A DNA stretch of 64,000 nt from an uncultured bacterium (GCA_964585945.1 CAZPGB010000032.1:3980-67979); one strand, 5' to 3'; counted from the stretch's first letter, positions 46,382 to 56,018 are shown. The notes: generated from the letters alone by a model not told the origin. Numbers and translations: made by a program.

Positions 46382-48133
46382 CTAGTCGACGATCACCATC
46401 TTGCGGCTGACGCGGCCCTCACCCTGTTCGAGCCTGTAGAAGTAGATACCGCCTGGAACACGATCGCCGGCGTCATCCTTGCCGTCCCACTCCACCCGGT
46501 AGCTTCCAGGGCTGCGGCTCGCGTCGACAAGCCTGCGCACCACGCGGCCCGAGACATCGCAGATGCTCAAGGTGACCTTCCCGTTTGATGGAACGCTGTA
46601 ATCAAACCAACCGAAGTCCCCGCGAGGATTGGGCCCCGAGGCGACGCTCAGATCGCGGCGCAGCGGCGGTGTGTCATCCGAATACGGAGATGTGGGGGTG
46701 ATCGAAGGGGTGCCCCAGACGCGGTAGCTGAACACGACCTGCTTGGGCGGGCACGGATAGAACTCCCAGCTCCGTGTTTCGGGGATATAGACGTGCAGGA
46801 CGTGGGCCTGCAGCCGGCACCCCGTCGAGGTCTGCGAGCCCTGGGCGACCTCGCAGTAGCCCAATTGGTACTGGGGCTTGGTCGTGTCCCAGCCCGTGCT
46901 GCCGTCGCCGACACCCCACACATAGGGGGTTTCCTGGTAGGTCTGGTCATAGGTCACATCGCTCCACACGATGTACGGGTACACCATGTAGACGCCGTCG
47001 AGCGGTCCGCCCAGGTCGTTCTTGAACTCGACCGACGTGGGCGCGAAGTAGGGCGAGTAGCCGGTGGTCTTGGCCGTGGCTTGCGTGAGGGTGAGCGAAG
47101 AGAGCTGCGCGAAGGCGTCGTCCACCCGTAGCCTGCCGTGGCCGTAGTAGGGGTCCCAGGTCCAATTCGAGCCGTCGGAGGAATCGGGCGGGTCGGAGGC
47201 CGAGTACTTCATGATCCACTCGGCGTCCTCCGGGCGCGACCACTCTCCCAGCCAGCTTCGGATCAGTCCCAACGCGGCGGAGACATGGGGGACGGCGAAC
47301 GAGGTGCCTTCCTGTCCGAGCGTATAACCATCCTGGGTGTTGTCGAGCGCGGTGAGGGCGTAGCCCGGCGCGACCAGATCGATTCCGTGGCCGCAGCCCG
47401 AGCCGTGCGATCCGCAGTTGCCTCCTGCCCCCGAGCGGCAACGGTATCCGTCGGTGCCGTAGGCACCGACCGCCGTCACCCGGTTGCGATCCAGGAAGTC
47501 GGCCGGATACTGAGGCGTACATGTGACCCAGTTGTAGTTCTTGCCCGCAACCACGTTGGCCCCCATGGCGTAGGCGCGCAGCACGCTGAGGCGCAGCTCC
47601 TCGTAGGGCTCGGTGTAGCCCAGGCTGAGGCTGATGACCTTACACCCCGCGTCGGCTGCGTTGTCGATGCCGTCGGCGACATCGGTGTACTGGAAGCAGT
47701 TGACCAGTCTCACGGCGTAGAGCTGGCAGCCGCGAGGATGAGCCGCCCACCCGCCGGCCACGCCCGCCATGAGCCGTTCGTTGTGCGTGAGCGCGAGCGC
47801 GATCGATGCCGCCGCGGTCTCATGGTCGCGACCCGGGTCGGGAAGCGGCGGAGCCTCGGGGTCCTGGAAGTTGTATCCGCCGGCATACTTGCCGGCGAAC
47901 TCCTGGCGATCGAACTGAACGCCGTCTCCGATGAACGCAATCGCGACATCCTCACCGAAGACGTGGTTCCAGTCCTCGGGGCATCCGATACTGTGCTCAG
48001 AGCCATCGACATTCCACTGGTCGCCGCTTTCGACCAGCGGATCGTTCGAGCAATCGATCTGCCCGCGGGCGACGGGCGTGAATCCACAGGTTGCCACAAG
48101 GAGACAAAGGGTGAGAGAGACAACTCGACACAT
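46382..48133 (-). CDS. Subtilisin-like serine protease (S8) with a FlgD-Ig/T9SS-like C-terminal domain
   Basis: AAGGGAGG lies before the ATG at 48131-48133, followed by the signal MCRVVSLTLCLLVATCGF. The catalytic contexts are AFIGDGV (D), RDHETAAAS (H) and GTSFAVPHVSAALGL (S). C-terminus ...GGIYFYRLEQGEGRVSRKMVIVD. Confidence 0.85.
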   Translation of the reverse strand: MCRVVSLTLCLLVATCGFTPVARGQIDCSNDPLVESGDQWNVDGSEHSIGCPEDWNHVFGEDVAIAFIGDGVQFDRQEFAGKYAGGYNFQDPEAPPLPDPGRDHETAAASIALALTHNERLMAGVAGGWAAHPRGCQLYAVRLVNCFQYTDVADGIDNAADAGCKVISLSLGYTEPYEELRLSVLRAYAMGANVVAGKNYNWVTCTPQYPADFLDRNRVTAVGAYGTDGYRCRSGAGGNCGSHGSGCGHGIDLVAPGYALTALDNTQDGYTLGQEGTSFAVPHVSAALGLIRSWLGEWSRPEDAEWIMKYSASDPPDSSDGSNWTWDPYYGHGRLRVDDAFAQLSSLTLTQATAKTTGYSPYFAPTSVEFKNDLGGPLDGVYMVYPYIVWSDVTYDQTYQETPYVWGVGDGSTGWDTTKPQYQLGYCEVAQGSQTSTGCRLQAHVLHVYIPETRSWEFYPCPPKQVVFSYRVWGTPSITPTSPYSDDTPPLRRDLSVASGPNPRGDFGWFDYSVPSNGKVTLSICDVSGRVVRRLVDASRSPGSYRVEWDGKDDAGDRVPGGIYFYRLEQGEGRVSRKMVIVD

Positions 48134-48377
48134 GGGGTCCTCCCTTCGGCGGTTGCTTGGGACGCAGGGCACTGGCGCATAGGGGGCGGCGCGCGCCCCC
48201 GTTCTGGTGTGGATCCTAACACTGCACTAACAGCAGTCAAGTACTGCATGGATGCGTCAACCACCACGTACAAGGGCGGGCGTCTGCGACGAGGAGGAAC
48301 GGTGTCGGGAGTTTACGTGCGGATCACGGGGCTCGCTCTGTCTGCCATCATCGTGTTCATGCGTGCACCGAGTCGTT

Positions 48378-49124
48378 TCAGTGTTCCGGCCGAGGTTGTC
48401 GTGCAGTCCTTGGCCGACCGAAGGGACACACACTCACACAGACCCCGCACAACGGCTTGATCGTGCGCCCGGCGTGTTCCGCGGCGATCTTGCGGTGGTA
48501 TCGGCGGCACGCGCGCGCGTCGTAGCGCACCTCGCGCGGCTCGTCGGGCCGGAAGCTCCTGCCGGTGAACGCGCCCGCCGGACAGCGATCGACGCACAGA
48601 CGACATTCGCCGCACTGCGGCTCTTGCGGTCCGCCGGTCGGCGCCAAGGGCGCTTCGGTGAGCACCGTGACCCACCGCACACGCGGACCGCACTCCGGCG
48701 TAACCAGCAGGCAGCTCTTGCCGATCCATCCCAAGCCCGCGAGATGCGCGGCCAGCTTGTGAGGCATCGCCCCGACGTTGATCTCCTCGTCCAAGGTCTG
48801 TGAGGCCGGCACCGGCCAGGCGCGATGGCTCTCGCGTTGGAGATGCCCTGCCAGCCGCAAGGCGATCTGGTCGAGGCGGGCGTTGACGGTCTCGTAGTGG
48901 TGCCGGTAGGTCAGCGCCACGAACGGCAGCCGGTGGTGCGAGAGCTGGTCGACGATCGATTCCAGGAGCGGGAGGCCCACGGAGACAGCCCGCGGGTACG
49001 CGGACAGCTCGGTGCGCGTCACCTCGGGCAACGCGTGGGGTGCGGACTCGAGGTCGGCCACGCCGAAGAATCGCGCGCCCATCTCGTGTGCGATCTGCTC
49101 GAGCTTGTCGGCCAGTTGATCCAA
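48378..49124 (-). CDS. 4Fe-4S double-cluster protein related to epoxyqueuosine reductase (QueG) and reductive dehalogenases
   Basis: LAGLGWIGKSCLLVTPECGPRVRWVTVLT, then CGECRLCVDRCPAGA and CGVCVSVCPFG. Apparent TTG start with AGGGAG 10 nt upstream. Confidence 0.7.
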   Translation of the reverse strand: MDQLADKLEQIAHEMGARFFGVADLESAPHALPEVTRTELSAYPRAVSVGLPLLESIVDQLSHHRLPFVALTYRHHYETVNARLDQIALRLAGHLQRESHRAWPVPASQTLDEEINVGAMPHKLAAHLAGLGWIGKSCLLVTPECGPRVRWVTVLTEAPLAPTGGPQEPQCGECRLCVDRCPAGAFTGRSFRPDEPREVRYDARACRRYHRKIAAEHAGRTIKPLCGVCVSVCPFGRPRTARQPRPEH

Positions 49125-49205
49125 CGTGAGGCATCTCCCTGGTTGCCCACCCGCCGATTTCGAGTATATGATTATCTTAAGCTAATAACAACGAGGGAAA
49201 GAAGG
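49125..49205. promoter_or_regulatory. Divergent promoter/operator spacer with an AT-rich core
   Basis: An 81-bp spacer between divergently oriented genes. It contains tttcgagtatatgattatcttaagctaataacaac, which is strikingly AT-rich for this DNA, and it lies next to a TrmB-type regulator gene. Confidence 0.35.
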
Positions 49206-50090
49206 ATGGCGATGAAGAGGATTCTGGCCGCCTTGGAGGATCTTGGGCTAACCTCCTTCGAGAGCGAGGTTTACATATACCTCCTCGAGGACTCTCCCTG
49301 CACCGGCTACCGTGCCGCGCAGGCGCTGCGCAAGGCGCCCGCCAACGTCTACCGTGTCCTGGATGCGCTCGTCGAGAAGGGGGCGGTCGAGGTCGATGAA
49401 GGCGAGGCGCGCGTCTATCGACCCGTCCCGGTCTCCGAATTCCTCGACCGCCTGCAGCAACGGTTCAATCGCAGCCGCACGCTCGCACAGGACGAGCTCT
49501 CCCGGCTGCCCGGCCCGCGGCCCGACGTGCGCGCCTATCAGATCCACGACCGCGAACAGGTGCTCGGCCGTTGCCGCCGGATGTTGCGGGAAGCCGAGCG
49601 GTCGGTGTTGGTCGAGGCTTTCCCCGAGCTCTGGGACGCGATCGCCGAGGACCTCCAGCAGGCCGCTCGGCGCGGGGTCGCCGTGCTGGCCCTGGTCTAT
49701 GAGCCGGTGAAACTGCCCGGCGTGACGGCCGTCCTGCACGCGCAGCACGAACGGGTTCTCGATCGCTGGCCGGCACAGCTCCTCACCCTCGTCACCGACG
49801 GTGCCCAGATGCTGCTGGCCCTCTTGGCGTCCGACGGCGGCGATGTGATCCAGTGTCTGTGGAGTCGCAGCCCGTTCCTGGCCTGGCTGGTTCACTCGGG
49901 ACTGCAGGGACAGATCGGCTTCTCGGGACTGCGCCGCCGGCTGGAGCAGCAACCGGTCCGGGACGAGATCTGGGTCTTCATCGCCCAGCTCACCGGGCCG
50001 GAGATCCTCGAGTCGCCGGGATATGCGCTTTTGCGCGAGCAGATCGGGAGGAATCGTCCCGCTGCGCCGGGCGATGAGGTGCGGGGGTGA
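49206..50090 (+). CDS. TrmB-family transcriptional regulator
   Basis: Winged HTH LGLTSFESEVYIYLLEDSPCTGYRAAQALRKAPANVYRVLDALVEKGAV, plus a C-terminal effector-type domain. The start is trimmed to the ATG at 49206, because the upstream 127 codons of the track ORF are antisense to the 4Fe-4S gene. Confidence 0.8.
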   Translation: MAMKRILAALEDLGLTSFESEVYIYLLEDSPCTGYRAAQALRKAPANVYRVLDALVEKGAVEVDEGEARVYRPVPVSEFLDRLQQRFNRSRTLAQDELSRLPGPRPDVRAYQIHDREQVLGRCRRMLREAERSVLVEAFPELWDAIAEDLQQAARRGVAVLALVYEPVKLPGVTAVLHAQHERVLDRWPAQLLTLVTDGAQMLLALLASDGGDVIQCLWSRSPFLAWLVHSGLQGQIGFSGLRRRLEQQPVRDEIWVFIAQLTGPEILESPGYALLREQIGRNRPAAPGDEVRG

Positions 50091-50144
50091 TCCGCGAACG
50101 ATCGGGCCCGGCGGGGTCAGGGCGTGCCGCGGACCGCGCCGAGA

Positions 50145-51200
50145 TCATGCGCCTGGATCGGCTGGCGCTCGGCGGACCAGCCAACCCACCGGCCGCACGT
50201 CATCGACCCACAGTGGCTCTGCGGTGAATCCCGACTCCGGATCGTCCGGGAAGAGGGGCGCAGCCTGACGTCTCTCGACGGTCGACGCGTCCAGCGCGCG
50301 CACGGCCTCCATCACCCGGGTCGCCTCTTTCTCGTCGAGTGTCCCGGCCACCAGATCTCCGGACAGAGTGACGACCAACGCACCCTGCGGGTAGGCGTGC
50401 AGCAAGCCCAAGAGCAGTTGTCGGTGCGTGACTCGCCTCGCACGCGCCCGACCCTCGAGCTCCTCTTGCCGGTCCAGAACGCTGTTGAGCGCGTGCGCGA
50501 GCGCGCCGAGCTCGTCCTGTTGCACGATGGGCGCCCGCTGCTTGCGCTCTCCCTGTGTGATCGCCACGGCGAATGCCTGCAAGTACGCGAGGCGCGATAA
50601 GAGGTCCCGGTTCAGCCCCCGGCTCAGGAATCCCAGGGAAACAACGGCCAGGGTGACCATGAAACCCAGCAGCACCGCCCGATGAGCGGCGCTGCGCTGG
50701 GCCGCACGGTCGGCGTCGATCATAGCTCGGTGATTGAGATCGAGCAGATCGACAACACGTTCCTTCACCGCCTCGAACAGCAGGAATGTGTCCTGCTTGT
50801 AGTCCTGCAAAGGATGTTCGTGGTGTTCCTCCAGAAGCCTGTCGCGCGACATGCGATAACGCTCGAAACCGACCCGGATGCTGTCGATGGCGCTGCGCTC
50901 GGCATCGATCGTGATATTGTTGGCGGCGCGGTCGAGGGCTTCCAGGAATAGCGTCTCGGAGTTCAGCAGGTGGTCCTGTGAGGCGTCGTCGCCCAGTAGG
51001 AGTCCGAGCACCGCGCTGTCCTGCCGCTCGATCGCCTGCAGCATCTGCATCGATGCGGCCACGCTGCGGAAGTTCTCCTCCATCACGCGCCCGATACTTC
51101 GACCCAACTGCTGGAAAGACAATGCGGCCGTGGCGACGCTGATGACCAGAAGCGCCACCAGATAACCATAGCCAACCGTTATGCGTGTTCGCAGTCTCAT
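50145..51200 (-). CDS. Membrane sensor: TM, four-helix-bundle ectodomain, TM, HAMP, then an unknown ~110-aa C-terminal domain with no recognisable output domain
   Basis: TM1 GYGYLVALLVISVATAALSF, TM2 AVLLGFMVTLAVVSLGFLS, HAMP LAYLQAFAVAITQGERKQRAPIVQQDELGALAHALNSVL. No histidine-kinase, MCP-signalling or GGDEF motifs follow. Confidence 0.75.
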   Translation of the reverse strand: MRLRTRITVGYGYLVALLVISVATAALSFQQLGRSIGRVMEENFRSVAASMQMLQAIERQDSAVLGLLLGDDASQDHLLNSETLFLEALDRAANNITIDAERSAIDSIRVGFERYRMSRDRLLEEHHEHPLQDYKQDTFLLFEAVKERVVDLLDLNHRAMIDADRAAQRSAAHRAVLLGFMVTLAVVSLGFLSRGLNRDLLSRLAYLQAFAVAITQGERKQRAPIVQQDELGALAHALNSVLDRQEELEGRARARRVTHRQLLLGLLHAYPQGALVVTLSGDLVAGTLDEKEATRVMEAVRALDASTVERRQAAPLFPDDPESGFTAEPLWVDDVRPVGWLVRRAPADPGA

Positions 51201-51203
51201 CCG

Positions 51204-51860
51204 TTAGGCCAGGGACGCCAGGCGATTGATGCCGTCCCGTTCTCCAATCACAACCATCTGATCGCCGCTCTGGAGCACATCGTTGCCATGCAGAAGCGCC
51301 CGGAAGGTCCCACCGCGCCGAAAAGCCACCACCGTCACCCCATACTTGCGCCGGATATCGAGCGTGACCAGAGACTTGCCGGCGAAGGACTCAGGCACCT
51401 CCAGTTCGGCCAGCTCCGCGTCTTCACCCAACGCCATACGTTCCAGGACGTTCGGCTCAGCCAGTCGACGGGCCAGACGCTGACCCATCTCGGCCTCCAC
51501 CTGCAGCACCTCGTCGGCCCCTACCGCGCGCAGCACCCGTTCGTGCAGCTCGCCCAGACCGCGCGCCACGATGCGCGGCACACCGATCTGCCGGAGCAGG
51601 GCCGTCGACAGGATCGAGTTTTCCAGGGCGTCGCCCCCGATGGCCACCACGGCACAGCTCACGCGCTCGAGCTGGAGCTCGCGCATCGCCGTCTCGTCGG
51701 TTGCGTCGGCGCACACGACGGCCTCGATCGTCTGGGCGACCTGCCGAACGCGTTCCTCGTCGCGGTCCACGGCCAACACCGACTGACCGTTGCTGGCCAA
51801 GCTCAACGCCACATTGCTCCCGAAGGTGCCCAGCCCAATGACCAGGAATTGATTGCTCAT
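51204..51860 (-). CDS. trkA: K+ uptake regulatory subunit TrkA/KtrA (RCK domain)
   Basis: FLVIGLGTFGSNVALSL (GxGxxG) ...VLAVDRDEERV, with a C-terminal RCK_C (LVTLDIRRKYGVTVVAF). Confidence 0.9.
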   Translation of the reverse strand: MSNQFLVIGLGTFGSNVALSLASNGQSVLAVDRDEERVRQVAQTIEAVVCADATDETAMRELQLERVSCAVVAIGGDALENSILSTALLRQIGVPRIVARGLGELHERVLRAVGADEVLQVEAEMGQRLARRLAEPNVLERMALGEDAELAELEVPESFAGKSLVTLDIRRKYGVTVVAFRRGGTFRALLHGNDVLQSGDQMVVIGERDGINRLASLA

Positions 51861-51872
51861 TTCCGATACACC

Positions 51873-53957
51873 TCAACCGACCATGATCCTGGCTTCAGGA
51901 TATCCAATCAGACCTTCCCGGCGACTACCCAGCAGGATGGCCAGGGTCAGGGGGCCGACACGTCCAGCGAACATCAACAGGATGATGACGATCTTGCCCG
52001 CACCGTCAAGCTGACCGGTAGCCCCTAGCGAGAGTCCCACGGTGCCGAACGCGCTGAAGGCCTCGAAGATGAGTGCACCCGGATCCTGACCCTGAGAGAC
52101 GAGCAGCAACCACGAGCCTCCGAGAACGATCCCTCCACCCACAACCGCGATGGCGGCGCTGCGGTAGATGGTGTCGAGGGCGACGCGACGCCCGTGAAAG
52201 ATGATCTCGGGCTTGCGGCGTGCCAGGGCCGGAATGGCCCCCAAGAGGACTGCTGCCGTCGTAGTCTTGATCCCGCCGCCGGTGCTTCCCGGAGAAGCTC
52301 CCACGAACATGAGCATCATCATCAAGAGGACCACGGCGGGGTGGAGCACGGAAAGATCCACCGAATTGAACCCCGCAGTGCGCAGCGTAGCGCTCTGGAA
52401 GAAGGCGTTCACCAGCTTGTGTCCCCACGTGACATCAGCCAGCGAGCGATTCCACTCGAGGGCGGCAATGAAGGCCGTCCCGAACAACAGCAATGCGCCG
52501 GACATGATCAACACCAATCGTGCCTGCAGACCGAAGCCCACTTGCCGCTGACCCCGCAATCGTGACCAGAGCCACGCGAGCACCACGAATCCCAATCCGC
52601 CGAGGATGATCAAGACGGCGAAAGCCGTCAGCATCCATGGATCCTGCCGGAACATCATGACCGAATCGGTTTGCAGGGCGAAGCCGGCGTTGCAGAAGGC
52701 CGAGATCGAGTGGAAGACTGCGCGCCACACCGCCTGCAGAGGCGAAAGGCCGTGTTGCAGGTAACCCCACCCCAGGAACACAGCGCCCACCAGCTCGCAG
52801 GTCAGGGTGGCGATGACCACGAAGGCGGTCATGCGTACGGCATCGCCCATCCGCTCCAGGTCGAAGAGCTCCGACATCAGACGCTCGCCTTGCCAGCCGA
52901 GATCGCGTCCCAGCATGAGCGCTGCAAACATCGATAACACCATGATGCTCAGGCCCCCGACCTGGATGAGCAGCAAGATGATGAGCTGGCCGGTGAACGA
53001 GAAGTCGTGGGGCGTATCCAGCACGATCAACCCGGTGACGCACGAAGCGCTGGTGGCCGTGAAGAGGGCGTCAAGGGTTCCGATGGGCTGCGAAGTCCCG
53101 GAGGCCGCCGGCACGCTCAGGAAGATCGTCCCCGCCAGGATGAGCACGATGAACGAGGTGGCGACCAGCGCGGCCGGATGGTTGACGAAGTGATGGATCA
53201 GGTCGCGCGTGGTCTGGCGGGTGCCGGCCAGGCTCACCAAGAGGACCACCAGAAACCCGGCGAAGACCGTGAGCGCAACGCTGGGCCGCGGAAGGCTGAC
53301 GAGGGTTGCGATCAGAACCGCCGCCGCGACCAGAATGCGGCGGCGGCGACGGCGCAGCAGTCCCAGCAAGTACGGTGCGCTGAAGGCCAGGGCGAGCAGA
53401 TCGAAAACGCCGCAGATGAGCTGGGCGGGCGTGCGATGTCCGATGCGGAAGCCCATGACCAGCAGTGTCAACAGCAGCGCCACCATCGTCAGATGAATGG
53501 CCGCCCGGCCGTTGACCGCCAACCAGATCTCCTGGGGATCGGCTTTACCGAACCGCTTGCGCCGGTGCCGGAGCAAGGCGCCGGGCGGTGCGGGCACGAA
53601 CGACTGCGTCAGCAAGACGAGATTCCACAGCACCACACCGCCGGCAATCACCGGATTGCCCGGCAGGGCCGGGACGAAGACGCCGATGTTGAAACCCAGA
53701 ATGCCGCGACCCAGCAGGGAGGCCCAGCGCCAGCCGTGCTCATACACGACGGCGCTGGAGATCAGGAGTGCACAGGTCCATCCGGCAAAAAGCCAGCCGA
53801 AGGTCGTGACCGTGTCGGTGGGACCAAAGTATCCGTGCGGCATGTCCACGGCGAACTGCGCCAGCAGCGCCAGACCGCCGGCCCCCAGCAGGCGCGCGAC
53901 GTCATGCCGCGCACGGGCGCGCGTCAGGAGCCGTGAGCTGAACTCGGATTCTTCCAC
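51873..53957 (-). CDS. trkH: TrkH/KtrB-family K+ transporter with a ~250-aa extra N-terminal polytopic domain
   Basis: Four pore-loop glycine motifs (SCVTGLIV, CNAGFAL, RTAGFNS, GTVGLSL) and LIQVGGLS lie in the C-terminal ~440 aa. The canonical core begins near HPAALVATSFIVLILAGTIFLSVP. The preceding ~250 aa are hydrophobic with coding-like codon usage. GTG start. Confidence 0.85.
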   Translation of the reverse strand: MEESEFSSRLLTRARARHDVARLLGAGGLALLAQFAVDMPHGYFGPTDTVTTFGWLFAGWTCALLISSAVVYEHGWRWASLLGRGILGFNIGVFVPALPGNPVIAGGVVLWNLVLLTQSFVPAPPGALLRHRRKRFGKADPQEIWLAVNGRAAIHLTMVALLLTLLVMGFRIGHRTPAQLICGVFDLLALAFSAPYLLGLLRRRRRRILVAAAVLIATLVSLPRPSVALTVFAGFLVVLLVSLAGTRQTTRDLIHHFVNHPAALVATSFIVLILAGTIFLSVPAASGTSQPIGTLDALFTATSASCVTGLIVLDTPHDFSFTGQLIILLLIQVGGLSIMVLSMFAALMLGRDLGWQGERLMSELFDLERMGDAVRMTAFVVIATLTCELVGAVFLGWGYLQHGLSPLQAVWRAVFHSISAFCNAGFALQTDSVMMFRQDPWMLTAFAVLIILGGLGFVVLAWLWSRLRGQRQVGFGLQARLVLIMSGALLLFGTAFIAALEWNRSLADVTWGHKLVNAFFQSATLRTAGFNSVDLSVLHPAVVLLMMMLMFVGASPGSTGGGIKTTTAAVLLGAIPALARRKPEIIFHGRRVALDTIYRSAAIAVVGGGIVLGGSWLLLVSQGQDPGALIFEAFSAFGTVGLSLGATGQLDGAGKIVIILLMFAGRVGPLTLAILLGSRREGLIGYPEARIMVG

Positions 53958-54024
53958 CCGGTCATGCTAGATCTGCGGCCCACGGGACTCAAGCTCCAGT
54001 TGGATCGCGGCGCCATCTCCGCGT

Positions 54025-55932
54025 TCAATCCCCCAACGCCGCCAGCAGCTCCGCCGCTCCTGCCGGCAATGCCTGCCGTCCACCCAGCACTTTGATGTCG
54101 TCCACCACGACCTGGCGGAAGGGCTTGCCGCCGAGTGCCACCCTGTCCTGGGCGTCGATGTATGATCTGGCACGCTCGATCTGCCCCGACCAGATGTAGC
54201 CCTGCACGAGGTTCGACTTGAGATATCCGTTTTCGGGCTCGAGAGCCAAACCTTCCAAGCAGTGGGCCATCGCCGCTTGAGGGTCGCCGGCTTTCAAGGC
54301 CATCCAGGCGAGGCTGTTCAACCGCTCCGCGCTCTGCGGATCGAGTGCTTGCGCCCGAAGGAGGTCGGCGCGGGCGAGATCGGTGCGGCCCGTGGCGCTG
54401 TGAAATCGGCTCCAGTCCTCGTGGATCTGCCAGGCGTCCGGGTAGTTCTCCGTTGCCGCTTCGAGCGCGGCGACGGCGGCGTCGCCCTGACCGGCATTTG
54501 CCAGCTCCAGGATATGTCTGCGCGCCGCGGCAAGACCCGGGGAACGTTTTTGTTCCTTCAAGACGATCCGCGCGTCTTCATCGATGTCGGGGACGGGTTC
54601 ACAGGTCTGCAGGCTGTACAGCTCGTCATTGACGCGCACATAGGCGTTGCCGGTTGTGATTATCATCGTCGGCTCGTGGCCCTTGTGCGTGAGCAGCGTA
54701 TAGGCCAGGACCGCCTTGTCCTTGGGGCTGCCTTGCTGAAAGACGAGCACCTGGTCGGCCGTCATCAGGCGTGTGGGGCCATCCGGGAAGATCGAGCCGT
54801 CGGCCACGTGTTCCCGAATCCACGTGAAGAGCTCGGGAACGCGGCTCAATTGCGCGGCCAGCTCCCGTGGCGCCGAGGTGCGCAGCGAGGCGGTCAGGTA
54901 GTAGCCGGGGTGCTTCACATGCAAGCTCTGGTAGGCGTACCGCGCGAGGGAGGTGGCGGGTGAAGACCCCGGGTTCGTGAAGATCTGTTCGGCGAGCGCG
55001 ACGGGATCCCTCAGGTCGCAGTCGACGACCCGGGGTCTGTGCAGCAGATCGCGCGGCACTTCCTGGTCGTCCAGGAACCCGTCGACGAGCCGCTCGGAGG
55101 TGACGAGCAGCGTCGAGTCCATCGATCCCACCGGGACGCGCAGATGGCAGGGCGCCCTGGCATCGTGGTTGTAGATCGCCACGAGGTCCAGAGGCTGAGG
55201 GTTGGTGCCTTCACGGAAGGGCACGGGCATGACGACCTGGTTGTTGATGGCGAACAGGCGATCGTCGTAGCGCAGCATCGCGACGCCGTGGCGCATGTCG
55301 CCCGTCTGCAGATGCAGGTAGAGAACGTCCTCGGGCGCCACGCCCATCTGGATGAAGACGGCGCCGAGCAGATGCGCGAGCGTCATGCACTTGCCCGAGA
55401 TATGCCCCGTGTGGAAGGCCATCGCGTGCATCTCTGAGGGCAGGAGCTTGCGGTACGTAGGGCCCCCGCCCTCGGCAAGGCCCCAGGGATCGTTGCCGGG
55501 GTACTTCTCGAACTTGGGATCGAACTGCGTGTGTGACATGTGCTCCATGGTCCATTCACGGATCCGAGCGATCTTTTCCTCGGGAGAGGCACATCCGGCG
55601 ATGAGCTCGTGGAACTGCGTGCGAAGGTCGGTGGTGACCGGATCGAGGAGCATGGCGAGCATGTAGGCGCAACTGGCCGTCTCGTTGTGGGCGAAAAGCT
55701 CCCGGTGCCAGCGGTTGACGGCCGCAAGGATGTCCCGCTCTGAAAGGGGCAGCTCTTGCTCGGCCGCCTGGGCGAGCACGGGATTCAGGTCGAGATTCGG
55801 CGCGGCGGCGGTGGCATGCGCGGGAAGCTCGGCAACCGGCAGGTAGGTTTGACGCGCGTCTTGTCCGTTGGCCGCGCCCATACCCATCGACATCATCAGA
55901 AGGACGGCCTCGAGACGGTGGAACCTGTTCAT
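54025..55932 (-). CDS. Secreted transglutaminase-like cysteine-protease-fold protein with C-terminal TPR repeats
   Basis: Signal MNRFHRLEAVLLMMSMGMGAANG. The putative C/H/D core is GKCMTLAHLLGAVFIQMGV...RHGVAMLRYDDRLFAINN. TPRs include NSLAWMALKAGDPQAAMAHCLEGLALEPENGY. The family call is tentative. Confidence 0.6.
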   Translation of the reverse strand: MNRFHRLEAVLLMMSMGMGAANGQDARQTYLPVAELPAHATAAAPNLDLNPVLAQAAEQELPLSERDILAAVNRWHRELFAHNETASCAYMLAMLLDPVTTDLRTQFHELIAGCASPEEKIARIREWTMEHMSHTQFDPKFEKYPGNDPWGLAEGGGPTYRKLLPSEMHAMAFHTGHISGKCMTLAHLLGAVFIQMGVAPEDVLYLHLQTGDMRHGVAMLRYDDRLFAINNQVVMPVPFREGTNPQPLDLVAIYNHDARAPCHLRVPVGSMDSTLLVTSERLVDGFLDDQEVPRDLLHRPRVVDCDLRDPVALAEQIFTNPGSSPATSLARYAYQSLHVKHPGYYLTASLRTSAPRELAAQLSRVPELFTWIREHVADGSIFPDGPTRLMTADQVLVFQQGSPKDKAVLAYTLLTHKGHEPTMIITTGNAYVRVNDELYSLQTCEPVPDIDEDARIVLKEQKRSPGLAAARRHILELANAGQGDAAVAALEAATENYPDAWQIHEDWSRFHSATGRTDLARADLLRAQALDPQSAERLNSLAWMALKAGDPQAAMAHCLEGLALEPENGYLKSNLVQGYIWSGQIERARSYIDAQDRVALGGKPFRQVVVDDIKVLGGRQALPAGAAELLAALGD

Positions 55933-56018
55933 GGCAATCTCCCTGCTTTCGGGTCGTCACGGCCGGGCACTTCTTCTATAGGTCCGGCCTTGCTGTGGTT
56001 TCTCTATGTATCGACTAC

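Noticed and set aside
48825-49205. N-terminal 127 codons of the 421-aa ORF (48825-50090)
   Set aside because: This part is antisense to the 4Fe-4S protein gene. The TrmB HTH begins right after the ATG at 49206, which follows the AT-rich spacer.
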